Position numbers and translations under genes: made by a program. Under the pieces are notes generated by a model that ran no database searches, was not told the origin of the DNA, and was given only the letters and a program-made list of their open reading frames with translations. This document shows positions 50,226 to 62,532 of a stretch of DNA of 64,000 nt, in pieces. The stretch is from Vicugna vicugna. Its lineage: Eukaryota. The stretch covers positions 4,448,793 through 4,512,792 of the forward strand of contig MU058423.1 of NCBI GenBank assembly GCA_013265495.1. The letters run 5' to 3'. Each line of letters opens with the position of its first letter. Position 1 is the stretch's first letter.

Positions 50226-52239
50226 CCTTCAATTAGCAACTGTGTAGTTAGTTGAACATATCCAAACAGAGCTAGTTACATCAAGAAGTACAGGAGGAAA
50301 GAACCCCACTGGGAAGGTAATTCTGCTGATTACCCAATTCAGAGCCAAGTATGAAACATGTAATTACAGTTATTCTTTCATGAATGGGACACGAATTTTG
50401 AACAATTCTGTCTGTTACACTGAAAAAAAAATCAATGAATTTGAAATTCATCACTATCATTCGCAAAGCAGAAACAACAACAGCAATAAAAATGTTAAGT
50501 CTAACAGCATCAACGTAGGCAGCAAGCCATCATTTTTAATTTTAAGAAAACAACAACCTATTGAGTGAACCTAATGTGATTTGGGCACAGGTCTCTGTTT
50601 CAAATGATCATTAACTGATATTTTTACCTTCTTACAAATTTCTAGATGCCTTAAACATAGCAGAGATCTTCAATCCATGCTTGTCAAATTGAATTGACTC
50701 TTTCTGGAAGTGAATTCAAAAGACAAAGCCGGTGGAGTTTTGCAGCTTCCTTTCAATGATTTCCTAAATGCTCCACTTAGTGTACATTTTTATGCTTACT
50801 CATTCAAATTTCGTGGCATAAGAATTAAACTGTAAGTCCAAAGAAACCTAATAGATTTGGGGATAGTACTTTTTTAATGCATGTGCTTTACTTTTCTTTT
50901 TCAGAAAAATGGGAAGAGTAAACCTGGTCTTTTCTCAAGGAAAGGTTGTAAGAATAATTTCTTATCTATAAAAGAGCTCTGGATTATTCAAAGGCAAAAT
51001 ATTACTGTTGTTATTTGTGGTATGCAGGTAACCACAGCAATGCACATCCAGAATTTAGAGATGCAGTCAGGTATTATTAAAACAAAATTAGTGAAGAATC
51101 AACATGTAGTTGATATTAAATAACGTATGGAAATAATTCTCTTTATCCCTTAGGGGATAGTTTGCTAATACTCTTGAATCAAGTTATTTGCTGGATCAAA
51201 TCAAGAATACAGATTATTTGTGTGAATTTGATGAAAGTAACCAAAATGCTTCTTGAAAAACGCAACCTGATTGTATGTTAACAAACAATCCTATTATGCT
51301 TTCCTAGTAAAGTCGTTTTTTTCCCCTAAGATAACTATTGCATACTTCTCATTCTTTCCAGAGGTAATAGATTGACACATATCCCTTCTATAATAAAACT
51401 GTGGTACTGCATTGAAAGATACTCCCAAAAGTTGATACCCCTCAGAAGAGTTTAAGCACATTAACTCTTCATTGCTGTCACTCACAACCTCGATCCTAAA
51501 CCTCAAGATGGAGGTGGAGAATTTTCAGCCCAGGAGTAACATGTTTTTGCCTTTCTGATTTTGTGTGAGGAGAATTTGAATCTAGGCAATCTTGAGCATT
51601 CAGCCATTGAGGTATCATTTGCTTATGGCTTGGGAGAGGATGGGCAAAATATTATTCTGCTTGGAAAGCAAGACTCTTGAAATGACGGTCCTATTTTAAT
51701 TGGGATAAAGCAGCTACTTCTGTGGAACTCTAGGATGTTAACTGATGTCACCCCTTAGGGACAACGCTCATCTAGGGCTGCAAATATAGTCTATCATCTT
51801 TATGTACTTTTAAGTCTGCTTCTTAACAACTCATTAAAAGATGCTGAACATTTAAATCCATACTGCAGTGGTGAATTTCAAGCAGCCAATATAACTTGTA
51901 TTACATTGGCACAAAAGAAATTTTCTCTTCTATTCAATTAGCTTATTATATTTGAAAATAATTTAATTATCACTTGAAAATAATATGTTTATAAATATCA
52001 GACTTATAAAACTGCCCCTCCAAATCCGTCTTATCACAAGGGGAAGGCTTCCTCCCACTCCACTCCCCTTTTTTGTCAGGGGAAAATTGGCCTGTTGAAA
52101 GGAATTTCACAGTATCTCTCTTGGAAAAATTCTCAAACCTTCCCTCACCAACTTACCTTCACCTCTACTTGGAACTCTTGTAACTAAGGAAACAGCTATC
52201 AAAGCAGGTATGCATCATAACTCCACAAACTGAACTGCC

Positions 52240-53700
52240 AGCCTCCATTTGTGCCCATTTTTCCTGCCCTCCCTTCTTTATGCCCAGAGTAGGGCTCTGT
52301 TCCCATGAAGGTCTCTCTCTTTTCCTCTAGAACTACATTGTCACCTGGTCAAGGATTTACCTCCTTTACCCCTTCTTTCTCCTTTGTTATCAATTTTCCC
52401 CTTTCTGTGAGATCATTTCAATCAACAAACAAGCATGTTCTCTTATCTCCTCTCTTGAGAAAAACAAACACCTCTTTTTTTGACCCAAATCATCCTCCAT
52501 CCCTCACATGTGTTTACTCCTCTTCCCAGAGAAGCTTTGCAAATATTGTCTTCAGTCACTAGATCCATTTCATTCGTTAACTCCTTTCCACTTCAGCTGT
52601 TGGAACCGCCCTTGTAAAATTTACTGGCTTTATTTATGATGCCAAATACAATGAATACCTTTTGTATTGCTTGACCTCTCAGCCACACAGACCCAGTTCT
52701 CCACATTACATGAATGGGCTGCTCCCTTGGCTTTCTGAACTCTTGACTCTCGAGTCCCCTGGGATGCCTGTCCTCTAAATCTGGAATTCCTCAGATTCAA
52801 GCATTACTCAGTTTTAAGTCATATCTCTGTATATGACTCCAAAATTTGGTCTCTCAGTTCTCTCTTTTGACATTGACGCTTACATCTAACTGTCCAACCG
52901 ACATTTCCGCTAGGATACCTGACAGGCACTTCAGATATATTAGCCCTTGAGGTAGGCTGAATAGTGACCCCCAAAGACGTCTATGTCCTCATCCTCAGAA
53001 CTGTGAATATGTTATCTTACTTGGCAGAAGAGACATTGCAGGTAAGACTAAATTAAGGATCTTGAGATGGGGAGCTTATCCTGGATTATTTTCCTGGTAG
53101 GCCCAGTGTAATCAAAGGGTCCTTTTAAGAGAGATGAAAAGGTCAAAGCCTCATTCCTTGGCTTCCTGTTTTCTTCCTCTGCCCCCATGGTTGGGGCAGA
53201 GGAAGAAAATAGGAAGCCAAGGAATGAGGACAGCCTCTAGAAGCTGGAGAAGGAAGGGAAACAGATTGCTCCTTGGAGCCTCCAGAGGTAACCAGCCCTG
53301 TTGACACTGACTTTGGCTTAGTGAGACTGATTTTGAACTTCGGACCTTCAGAACTGTAAGACATTACTTTTGTTTTGCTTTTGGACATGAAGCATGTGGT
53401 AATTATTTTACAGCATCCAAAGAAAACTAATATAGGTCTTAATGTCTGAAATTAAATTGGGTTTTTAATCTACCCTCCAAAATGTGCCTCTGAAGTCTAA
53501 ACTAATTCAGTAAATGACACTATTGTTCACCCAGTTGCTCAAACCAAAAACCAAGGAATTACCAGTGCTTTCTCTTTTTTCCTTTACCTCTTCCTCCAAT
53601 TTATTGATAATTCCTATTAATTTAAATATATATCTCAAATCTGTAAATTGCACTACGCCTACATTTGCTAAATCATTATCTTTCTTTTCTATGGAACGTA
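52240..53700 (+). mobile_element. L2 LINE interrupted by an MLT1D-like LTR
   Basis: cttgacctctcagc...atgactccaaaatt...gacatttccgctaggatacctgacaggcacttca, then the LTR, then cagtaaatgacactattgttcacccagttgctcaaaccaaaaacc. Confidence 0.75.
52948..53434 (+). mobile_element. MaLR LTR (MLT1D-like)
   Basis: ggtaggctgaatagtgacccccaaagacgtc...cagcctctagaagctgga...cagaactgtaaga...gaaaactaatata. Confidence 0.92.
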
Positions 53701-53717
53701 AGTGATCTTCTAAAGAT

Positions 53718-55055
53718 GATTTTTCAGGGAAAATTTTAAATATACACAAAATAAAGAAAATAGTACAACGAATCCCATATACTCATCATCCTGCTAAAGC
53801 ACCTGTCAGTATACGTTGATCTTCTTCCTTCTTTCACCTTTCCTTTTATTTTCCTGGAGTATTTTAATACAAAACCCATATATCATGTCATCTCACCCAC
53901 AAATACTTCATTATGTTTCTCTGACAAGAACATTTCAAAAAATAATCTCAATGCAATTTTCATACCTAAAGAGTTAACAATAATTTCTTAATATTTTTGA
54001 TACAATTCACATTTGAATTTCCCCACTGCCTCAAATACTATTTTTACAGTTGGGTTGTTTGCATCAGATCCTATTAGGTACTCACATTACATTCAGTTGT
54101 TATGGCTTTTAAGGCTCTTCTAGTCCATAACAACCCCCTACCCCACTTCATCATCACTGCCTCTCATATGACATTGATTTGTTGGAGAAATTAGGCCACT
54201 GTTTTTCCGTAGGTGTCTATATTCTGGATTTGGCTGATTGCTTCTTCATAGTGTTAACCTATTCCTCCATTCCTTTTATCTCCCATAAATCTAGAGGCCT
54301 GACTTGATTCAGGTTCAGTATTTTAGGCAAGTATGCTTCCTGTTGCATTCATCGTGTTTTACAACACACAGTACCTGGTTTTCCCACTTTTGGTGATTAG
54401 TACAGCTGATAGAGTCTGAGCAAGTCAGCCTGATTCCTTCATTATAAAATTCTCCATTACCCCCTGATATCCTGATTTTAACACCTATGGATAATCATTG
54501 CAGAGATCTATTATTTCATTATGGGTTGCAAAATGGTGGTTTTCTTTTTCTTTTAAATTTTTTTTCAGTTTTTTTTTTCTTTAATGGAGGTATTGGGGAT
54601 TGAACTCAGACCCTGTGCCTGCTAAGCATGCACTCCACCATTGAACTATACCCACCCTCTGATTTTCTTTTTTTCTTTTTCTGATATATTCCTACTTTAT
54701 CTCAAGGTCATTTGAATTACAGAGCTAGGATTTTTTCTGCTTTGCTAAGATATAGCAGATATACAACATTGTGTAAGTTTAAACTACACAGCCTGATGAC
54801 TTGATATATATATATACACTGAAATAAGGTTAACCATAATAGGTTAGTTAACACATTCATCACCTCATAGAGTTAGCTTTTTGTTGTGTGTAGTGAGAAC
54901 AGAACTACTCTCTTTGCAACTTCCAGGTATGCATTATTTTTTTTCTTTTTTGGAAATTTGATGATTTTCTAATTCTATCATTTCTACTGCTTTATTTGCT
55001 GGAATTCTATAAATATTAAGAACTTTCCTTCACCAACTATTGATTATTCTGAAAT
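53718..55055 (-). mobile_element. Old L1 (L1MC/ME-like) 3' region with a nested SINE and an L1MA-like tail (about 54735-54935)
   Basis: gaaaattttaaatatacacaaaa...aatagtacaacgaatccc; tgcaaaatggtg resumes as ttttctaattctatcatt after the nested inserts. Confidence 0.7.
54560..54658 (-). mobile_element. Camelid tRNA-Ala-derived SINE (Vic-1-like)
   Basis: Minus strand reads gggtgggtatagttcaatggtggagtgcatgcttagcagg...gagttcaatccccaatacctcca, then an A-rich tail. Confidence 0.85.
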
Positions 55056-56738
55056 GCAAGTTAGGAGGCTATTGTGACTGGGTTGGCAGGAGCTTTTAGT
55101 AGCATGGGCTAAGGTGATGGCAGTGATGATAAAAAAAATAAATGGTTTCAAAATATATTTTGGCAGTAAAACACTCAGTATTTGCAACCAATCAGATGTG
55201 GGAAAGTTGCAATATGAACTAAGGTTGACCTCTCATTTTCTGGCTTGACTAACTAACTGGTGGATGGAGGTGCAACAGACTGAGACAGGAAAGCTTTGTG
55301 GAAATCAGCCGCAGAAGATGATGAGATAGCCCAGGAGATATTGCAGAAAATAGAAAAATAGCCCTCCATCTAGTTTGTTATAGTAACTTTTCAGATAAAA
55401 GGAGTTTCCAAAACAAGAAATGAGTTTTCTAAAATTTTAGAAACAGCAAAGTATTTCAGCACGTATTCAACCAATTTCATATTTGAAATACCACATCTAG
55501 CACCCCAGTCATGGCGCTACACTGACTGAGGCGGCAACAGCAAATGTCATTACAGCAGCATGTTCATCCTAAAAGTTAAGAGTCTGTCAGTATTTCCATT
55601 ATAAACTCCAATTTTCAGGGGTTTATAACTTGGCTATTTTAAAATCACATCAGGCTGAAACTTGCAAGCAATAAAACATTTAAAAAATAGATTTAATGCA
55701 TCTTTGTCAAGATATAGTTAAAATATTGCCTATTTTTTCTGAGATTAAGTGACTTACAGTTAATATATTGTGAGACAAATGTTTAAATACACTTCTTATT
55801 TTAAGGTTTCTGGAAATAGTTAGACTTTATGCTAATGTCACATTTCATATGGATAGTTTAGATATGGATGGACCACAAACATACTGAAGCAATTTTAACA
55901 CATTATAGCAGGACTTGGCATATGCATTGAGTTTTGGGTGAATTTATGCCCAATAAAACTTGTTGTAAATTGGTTAAGATTTTTTTGAGGAACAATATTA
56001 TGTTTAATTTTATTTTGCAAATAGATATTTTATTATTTTGTTGGACTGAACTTAGTCCCAAAGTTATTGTTCAATTAAAACCATATCGTCTTCTGTTTGG
56101 GATACAGTATTTTGATTTCCTTTTAGTAACAGAATTTTCTGACATATGGGATTCCAACATCATCTAAGGCCTTTCGCAAAATCAGTTAAACCAGAAACTC
56201 TGCCCTAAAGTACAAAAACACTCTTCTCTCATGCAGAACAGGAAGAAACAGAGAAGGATACAGAATAAAAACAATCAAATATTATATGCTAGCCAGGTTG
56301 CAGCATGTAAAGATGAGTAAGAAAAGTTCCCTGCCCTTAAAGGACAACAGAGCTACACTGAGGTAGACACAGGTTAAGGGCCCCCAAAGAGTAATGCGGG
56401 TAAAGTATAATGTGAAACTGTAAAGAGCTCCCTTCCATCAGGGACGAAGAGGAGACAGTATGGGAGGTGGCATTTAAGCAAGATCTGAAACGTCAGACAT
56501 GCAAAGGGAAGGGGAGAAGACGGGCATTCTGGACAGGCAAGGATGGCAGCATGAGCAAAACAAAGGAGCCAGGAATTGCATGATGTTTCCTGGGATGATA
56601 CCACCATGTTTCTCAGGAATTGAAACGCATTCACCCAGTAGATGCTGCCTTGTAGGTCTGCTTCAAGCATTTCTAAAAAGTATCAACCACTGTTTAACCA
56701 GTATCTGCCAGTGTTGTCTCCTCCACCTGGCCTCTCTC

Positions 56739-56739
56739 T

Positions 56740-56770
<31 letters not shown>

Positions 56771-56773
56771 TAT
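56739..56773. repeat. (TG)11(CG)4 compound microsatellite
   Basis: 35 bp of uninterrupted purine-pyrimidine alternation. Confidence 0.95.
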
Positions 56774-57939
56774 TTGACTAACAGGGCAAATTAGTTGAAT
56801 GCAAATGGACTACAAAGGATAAATTCCTTGATGACTAAATTTAATCCTAGAAAGAATCTTTCACATTAGGAGAAATTTGCTCGTGGATGCTTCCTTGTAG
56901 TGACAAAAATATTCCAGCCAAATATAGAGAAAACTGATATCATAAAAAAGTGAGTTTTTCTGTATAGTTTTTAAAAATGGCATTGGAAATATAACCCAAA
57001 TGATTCAGTATTTATAAAATACTTGTCCCATTTTTTGGGGAAAATTTTATCCTTGATTATAATCTCATTGAAGGAAACCTTTATATGCACAGAAATAAGG
57101 TCCATAGGATGAATTTACCCAGACCATGTAAACATGAATTCATCTTTATTTTAAAATTTTGTTCCTGGAAATTAATACTGCATATTATTTGGATCAATTA
57201 TCTAGTATTTTTATTTTTCCAGGCCTATCTTGAAACTTTAAAAAATTTGTAAACTTATATGGAGGTTAAGAACAGTATTTGTAAATTTTAAAATAGTATT
57301 TAAATTAAAAATAAAATTTAAAATATTAAAAAGTATAAATTTTAAAATAAATATTTATCAATATTGATAATAAATAATAACAAATACAAGTCTTAAGAAA
57401 ATAACCAAGCCTTGAATTTTAGAGGATACGGTATGTCAGACTATCTTAGAAACAGTAATCCATCACTAAAAAGACTGCATCAGAGTTAGCTTAGGCAGGA
57501 AAATAATATAAAACAATACTTTTTTGAATAAAAATTATTAATAATGATACATTTTATTTATAATATTGGTCATGTTAGAATATTTTCTTTCTCAGGCATT
57601 TTGTCTCATCTATATTTATCTTCTGGACATTAAAAAAATTCATCTGAAGTTTCTATCATATTTTTTTTAATTGAAGTATAGTCAGTTTACAATAGACACT
57701 TTTTGACTTTCCAAACTTTCTTTTCTCTTTTTTTCTAAAATTCTATCTACTACTGTTCTCCATGTATTTTCTTTTATGTAACTTTCCCTCTTTCTCCTAT
57801 CTTATCTATCATTAAACTTATACTTTTTCATATTTGTGAAATGCTGGGATATTTTATGAAAAACATTGGTCCAACATGCTAAAAGTGAAATCTGGTAGCA
57901 TTAATTAAGTAGATTCTATGCTTTTACATTGAAAACAAA

Positions 57940-58980
57940 AGAATTCTTGCCTCAAATTATAAAAAGCAAAATAAACACAAATAAAATAGGAATTAGATAT
58001 TTAAATTTAAAAATTAAATGATGAAGATCAAAGATAATTTGGGAGTATTTTCCCAATGTTCAATTAGGAAGAGCCTTCTTAGTCAGAAAAGAAACTCAGA
58101 AGCAATTACAAACAAAATTACTAGATTTGGGTTCATTAAAATGGAAAAGTTCTGAGTGACCCAAAATTAATACAGTAAAATAAATGGATGAATTATAACA
58201 CATATGAAAGAGTACTCCTCATTAACAAAGGGCCGCCCAATAACCGTAAAATTCAATAGAAAAATGGGCAAAATAAACAACAAGTTCACAGAAAATGAAA
58301 TGCAAAGGACCAGTGAATATAAGGAAAGATACTCATGTACTAGGAGTTAGGGTAATGAAGTTCAACATTAGAAGCTAGCATTTTTTTACCCATAAGATTT
58401 AAAAAACAAGATTACTGAAATCTAGGCGAGTGAGGGTATTGAGAAACAGACTTTCTAAGGTGTTTTTGGTGTGAATATGTAGTATGACAACCTTTCAGAA
58501 AGCAGTCTACTGGAATTTGTTATAATTGAAAATAAGCAAAATACTTAGGGAAATCTACCCTAAAGATATGAAAATAGCAGAGCATAAGGTGATATTTATG
58601 AAGATATTAATTTGACATTTATCTATTAATTAATTTCTTGAGTGCATAAGAGAGAAGAGCATTTTGCTCTCTGTAAAATGCAGATTTTATTTGGAGAAAG
58701 TTAATATAGAAAGTAAAGTAAAGAAATGAGTAAGATAATTTCAGGTGGTACTGAGTGCTGTTCGGAAGATGCAACATGGTGGTGTGACAAGTGAAGTGTA
58801 AGAGTTGTAGAAGATGGTGTGATGCCATTTTTATAAAGTTCTTAAAAACAGGCACACATAAAACTTGAAATAGGAAATATTGTAGGGGGTGTGACTATAG
58901 ATGATATATTATTTTTTCTCATGTTTCTGTAGTTTGGGATTTGCTGTAGTCAGGATGCATTGCTTTCTTAATGAAAATAA
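57940..58980 (+). mobile_element. Decayed L1ME-like fragment
   Basis: caatagaaaaatgggcaaa...agttcacagaaaatgaaatgcaaa...gtgagggtattgagaaacag...caacctttcagaaagcagtct. Confidence 0.65.
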
Positions 58981-59889
58981 TGCTATTAAAATAGATGGAT
59001 GGTATTTCAAAATAGTTTTTAGTAAAATTCTGTCAAAATTTACTGATATGTAGCCACACTCTGTGGTGGCTGCCTCTTAAACTGTAGTGTGTCATAAAGC
59101 ATGTCTTTGATAGGCTCGAACTACTCAGAGCACTAATTGAGAAGATGCTGTCTGCTTCCTTCCTTAAAGGAAGAAATTCAGAGTAGACCAGGGATGACCT
59201 CAGGGCATAGACTGGGCAGTGCTGATAATGACAAGGAATGAAGAGCACGCAGGTTTGCAATTCTTTCAGTGGCCTTTTTGCAGTTTTGTAGGATCTTGTC
59301 CACTCAGGCCTGGTGGGGAAGAGAAGACTACCAGATACTTGTCAAACAGTTGTTGGGAAGAAATCGAATTAAACTGGTTGTCAAAATAGAATTTTGAAAA
59401 AAAAAATTCTTTTCATCACCTTTGACAAAGTAGACCTTGATTTTATCTACATTCTTTGTCATAATTTTTAGTATTTCTCTTTTGTTCATAGAAATCCTGA
59501 AAAGGAAGCCAGTTGTTTTGAAAGTCCTATCAACACTTTTGTCTAATGCCTTGCAAAATTTTATTTCCAGAGATCCAACCAAGTCCTCTTTGACAAGCTT
59601 TATTCTGTGTCCTGAGGGAAAACGGGCAGAGCTAGGAGAAGGCTCACTGGCTATAAACTGACTGGGAATTGTTACAACAGTGGCAAGCCCAATTATTTGT
59701 ACTGTCCATCAGTGATACTGTCAGTATCCCAGGTGTTACTAAAATTTCCCTGTAGAGAGGAGAAAGCCATTTATGGATCATGATTGAAAAGAACTCTCGA
59801 AGGAGCACTTGTCTCTCAAGCGATTGTCCTTGCCTAGAATGGCTACTCTGTCCTATGTAAGTTTCATTTGGTTTACAAGGACCATTTAC

Positions 59890-60190
59890 CCACCAAACAT
59901 TTATTGAATGCCTACTTTGTGCCAGATAATGTTTTAAGCAATGGATAGACAATGGTGAACAAGAGAGACAAGACTGCAGCTCTTATAAATCTTTTATTGT
60001 GAGGAAGCCAATAAACAAGCGAACAACTCAATTTGAGATAATAAGGAGAAAATGGTATCTGTGGTAGGGAAGAGGACTGTCTTCATCATGGTAGTCAGGG
60101 GAAGCTACTCTGGGGTGACTTGTGATCTCAGAACTGAGAGACAGAGAGGGTGAAACATGAAGTCTAAGAAAGAATGTTCCGGGAGGAGGG
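59890..60190 (-). mobile_element. L2 LINE 3' end
   Basis: caaacatttattgaatgcctactttgtgccag...gtagtcaggggaag...aagaatgttcc. Confidence 0.75.
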
Positions 60191-61141
60191 TCCCTCGGGT
60201 GGGATCTTGACAAGATTGTGAATCAGCAAGATCCAGTTCCGTCCCTCCATTTTCAGTGAGAAGCTCTGATTCTCCCCTCGTGCAGTGACCAGACTCTGAT
60301 AATAGCCCTTGTCTGTGTGATTCACTTGTCATTGAGAGTATGCTGATTCTGATACTCATTGTCTTTTAGAAGTTGAGGTGCTTGCTCTCTGGACTTCAGA
60401 CTCATCTCGTGAAGCCCAGGGACCTTGTTCTACACTTCTTTGCATACCAGAACCAAAAACAGTACTCTCACATAACGAGTATTTCAGTAAACACCCACCA
60501 GTGATCATGATCTGATGTAACAATCTGTGCTGTTGTCATACCTTCAAGGAGCAGATCAACTCTTGGCTAAAGATGAAGTTGGGTAGAGGGTAGTGAGAGG
60601 TTCTGGCTAGCTATTTAAAAAATATATCTGATAAATATCTACTGGTTTTGTTAAAAAAAAAAACAAGCAAAACTCAAGAATATTCTGTCTAGAGATATAT
60701 ACACATATGGTAAAATTATGTATATAATTATGTGTATATGTTATGTGTAAGATGCCTATTATGTGCAAGTGAAGCTGACAATTGAGCAGTCATATTTATA
60801 GAGTCTGAAACTCAGTAGAGATGTCAAGGATGATATTATAAATTGGGGAGTCATCAGCATATAGGTGGTATACTATTTAAAGTAATGGGACTGGATGAGA
60901 TCACTTAGGAAGAGAATAGAAAGAAGAAAAGGGTAAATATAATCTGTAGTAGAAAAGAATTGCAAACGGTTGTTTATCAACAGAAAATTGGTTGAATGAA
61001 TTATGGATTATGTATCCACATATTTTCATATTCTTAAAGAGTTATATATACATATATTGACTTCAAGGAATATTTAGGATATGTATTTTGACCTCCAAAA
61101 TAATTTCCAGAATAATATGTCTATATTTGTAAAAAAAATAC

Positions 61142-61148
<7 letters not shown>

Positions 61149-61172
<24 letters not shown>
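61149..61172. repeat. (TG)n microsatellite
   Basis: Directly visible in the sequence. Confidence 0.95.
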
Positions 61173-61173
<1 letters not shown>

Positions 61174-61377
61174 ATACACAATATTTTCTATGCAGTAGAA
61201 AGATACATTCTAAACTGTGGGGAATAGGAAATCAACTTTCCTTCTAAATATTTTATATTTGTATTTTATTTATGCAGCCTTAAAACATCTAATGATAAAG
61301 AAGGACATAAACAAAATAAATGTCTGTAACTATGTAACTATTTGGATGTAAAGAAATCTTAGAAAGGGTATTTAGGA

Positions 61378-61886
61378 CAGTAGCAATAGCCTATCAGTGC
61401 TCTATTTCTGCTTCTTACTCCCCTTTTGTCCCTTTGCATCCTTTACCATTTTTAAATTATCTGCTCCCTCAACTTTCTTTCTTAACCTTCCACACCAGTG
61501 ACCCTTCACTGGAGGACTGCCCTTAGGCTATGGAAACTGTTCTGCCCACCTACATGAGAGCTGGGAAGTCTCTAGGAATTTAAATCTCCCTAGGGGCAGT
61601 CATTAGCCAATGTCTGATGGGTGAGATGTATGAATGTTTCAGCTCCATTGCTCCCTAATTGGTGACATGTGTGATCTGTGCTGTCTCCAGGGCATCTCTA
61701 CAGGATTGAGCCAAAGTTCTTTTCCTTGGGACTTGACTTAATATCACATTCTAACCAGATCTCCTTCCCTTCCTAGTCCTGCTTCCCAGCTGCCCTTCTA
61801 GCATTTTCTGGGAACACTTCCTGATAAACACTTTTCCTTGCATCCTTGTCTCAAAGTTGGCTTTTGGAGATCCTGATCTAAGATGT
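61378..61886 (+). mobile_element. LTR16-like solo LTR (ERV-L class)
   Basis: ggggcagtcattagccaatg...ctgggaacacttcctgataaac...ccttgtctcaaagttggcttttggagatcctgatctaaga. Confidence 0.75.
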
Positions 61887-61924
61887 CTCAGCTCCTTGAG
61901 AGCTCAGGCATCACGGATAGGATA

Positions 61925-62135
61925 TACCGTGTGGTAGTTCAGATGCTCAGACTTTAGGTGATGAGTCCCAAGCACTGACTCTCCCTGTTGCCTTGGGCAA
62001 TTCACCCCTCCATGCCTTTGTTTTCTCATCTGTAAGATGGGATTGATATTTGAACTACTTCACAGAGCTATTTCAAGGAGTAAGTAAAATGTACTTAAAG
62101 TGCATCTAGCACATGTTAGGAACTCAATAATGATT
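61925..62135 (+). mobile_element. MIR SINE
   Basis: gccttgggcaattcacccctccatgcctttgttttctcatctgtaagatgggatt...aactcaataa. Confidence 0.8.
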
Positions 62136-62495
62136 TAAAAATTAATAAAGATGCTTTATGTAAGTATCATGACTATATATGTATGCTGTAGCACTTCTGA
62201 CAAAAGGAGTTTATTTTACATGAAAATTTATGATACAGAGTTTTCCTTAGGATGAAAGTCACTCTTTACAGAACATTATTTTATTATGTATGACTCATGT
62301 GAAGTAAACAAAGTTAATATGTCATTGATTTTAATGGGACTTTGCTCAGTATGATTAATATGTCATTATTGCATAAAAACATTCTACATGCTGAGAAGTA
62401 GTAGCTGGTGCATTAGAATATCATTTGGCATAAAGTTTCAGCATATGCTGTTTTCACTACATGTCTCCATGAATGCAGTATCATCTGGTATAAAA

Positions 62496-62532
62496 TAGAA
62501 GTCCAGTGCGCTATCCATTGTGCTACGGAGCC
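62496..62532 (-). pseudogene. Tailless retropseudogene of the 5' half (nt 1-37) of tRNA-Arg(TCT)
   Basis: Minus strand GGCTCCGTAGCACAATGGATAGCGCACTGGACTTCTA matches mammalian tRNA-Arg-TCT GGCTCCGTGGCGCAATGGATAGCGCATTGGACTTCTA (recalled) at 34 of 37 positions; 17-bp TSD with one mismatch. Confidence 0.9.

Noticed and set aside
54560..54658. Possible tRNA-Ala gene
   Set aside because: Stems are degenerate and it has an A-rich tail, so it is a SINE copy
57661..57693. About 30-bp L1 tail fragment on the minus strand
   Set aside because: Matches the tail at about 32090 but is too short, and has no TSD, to interpret further
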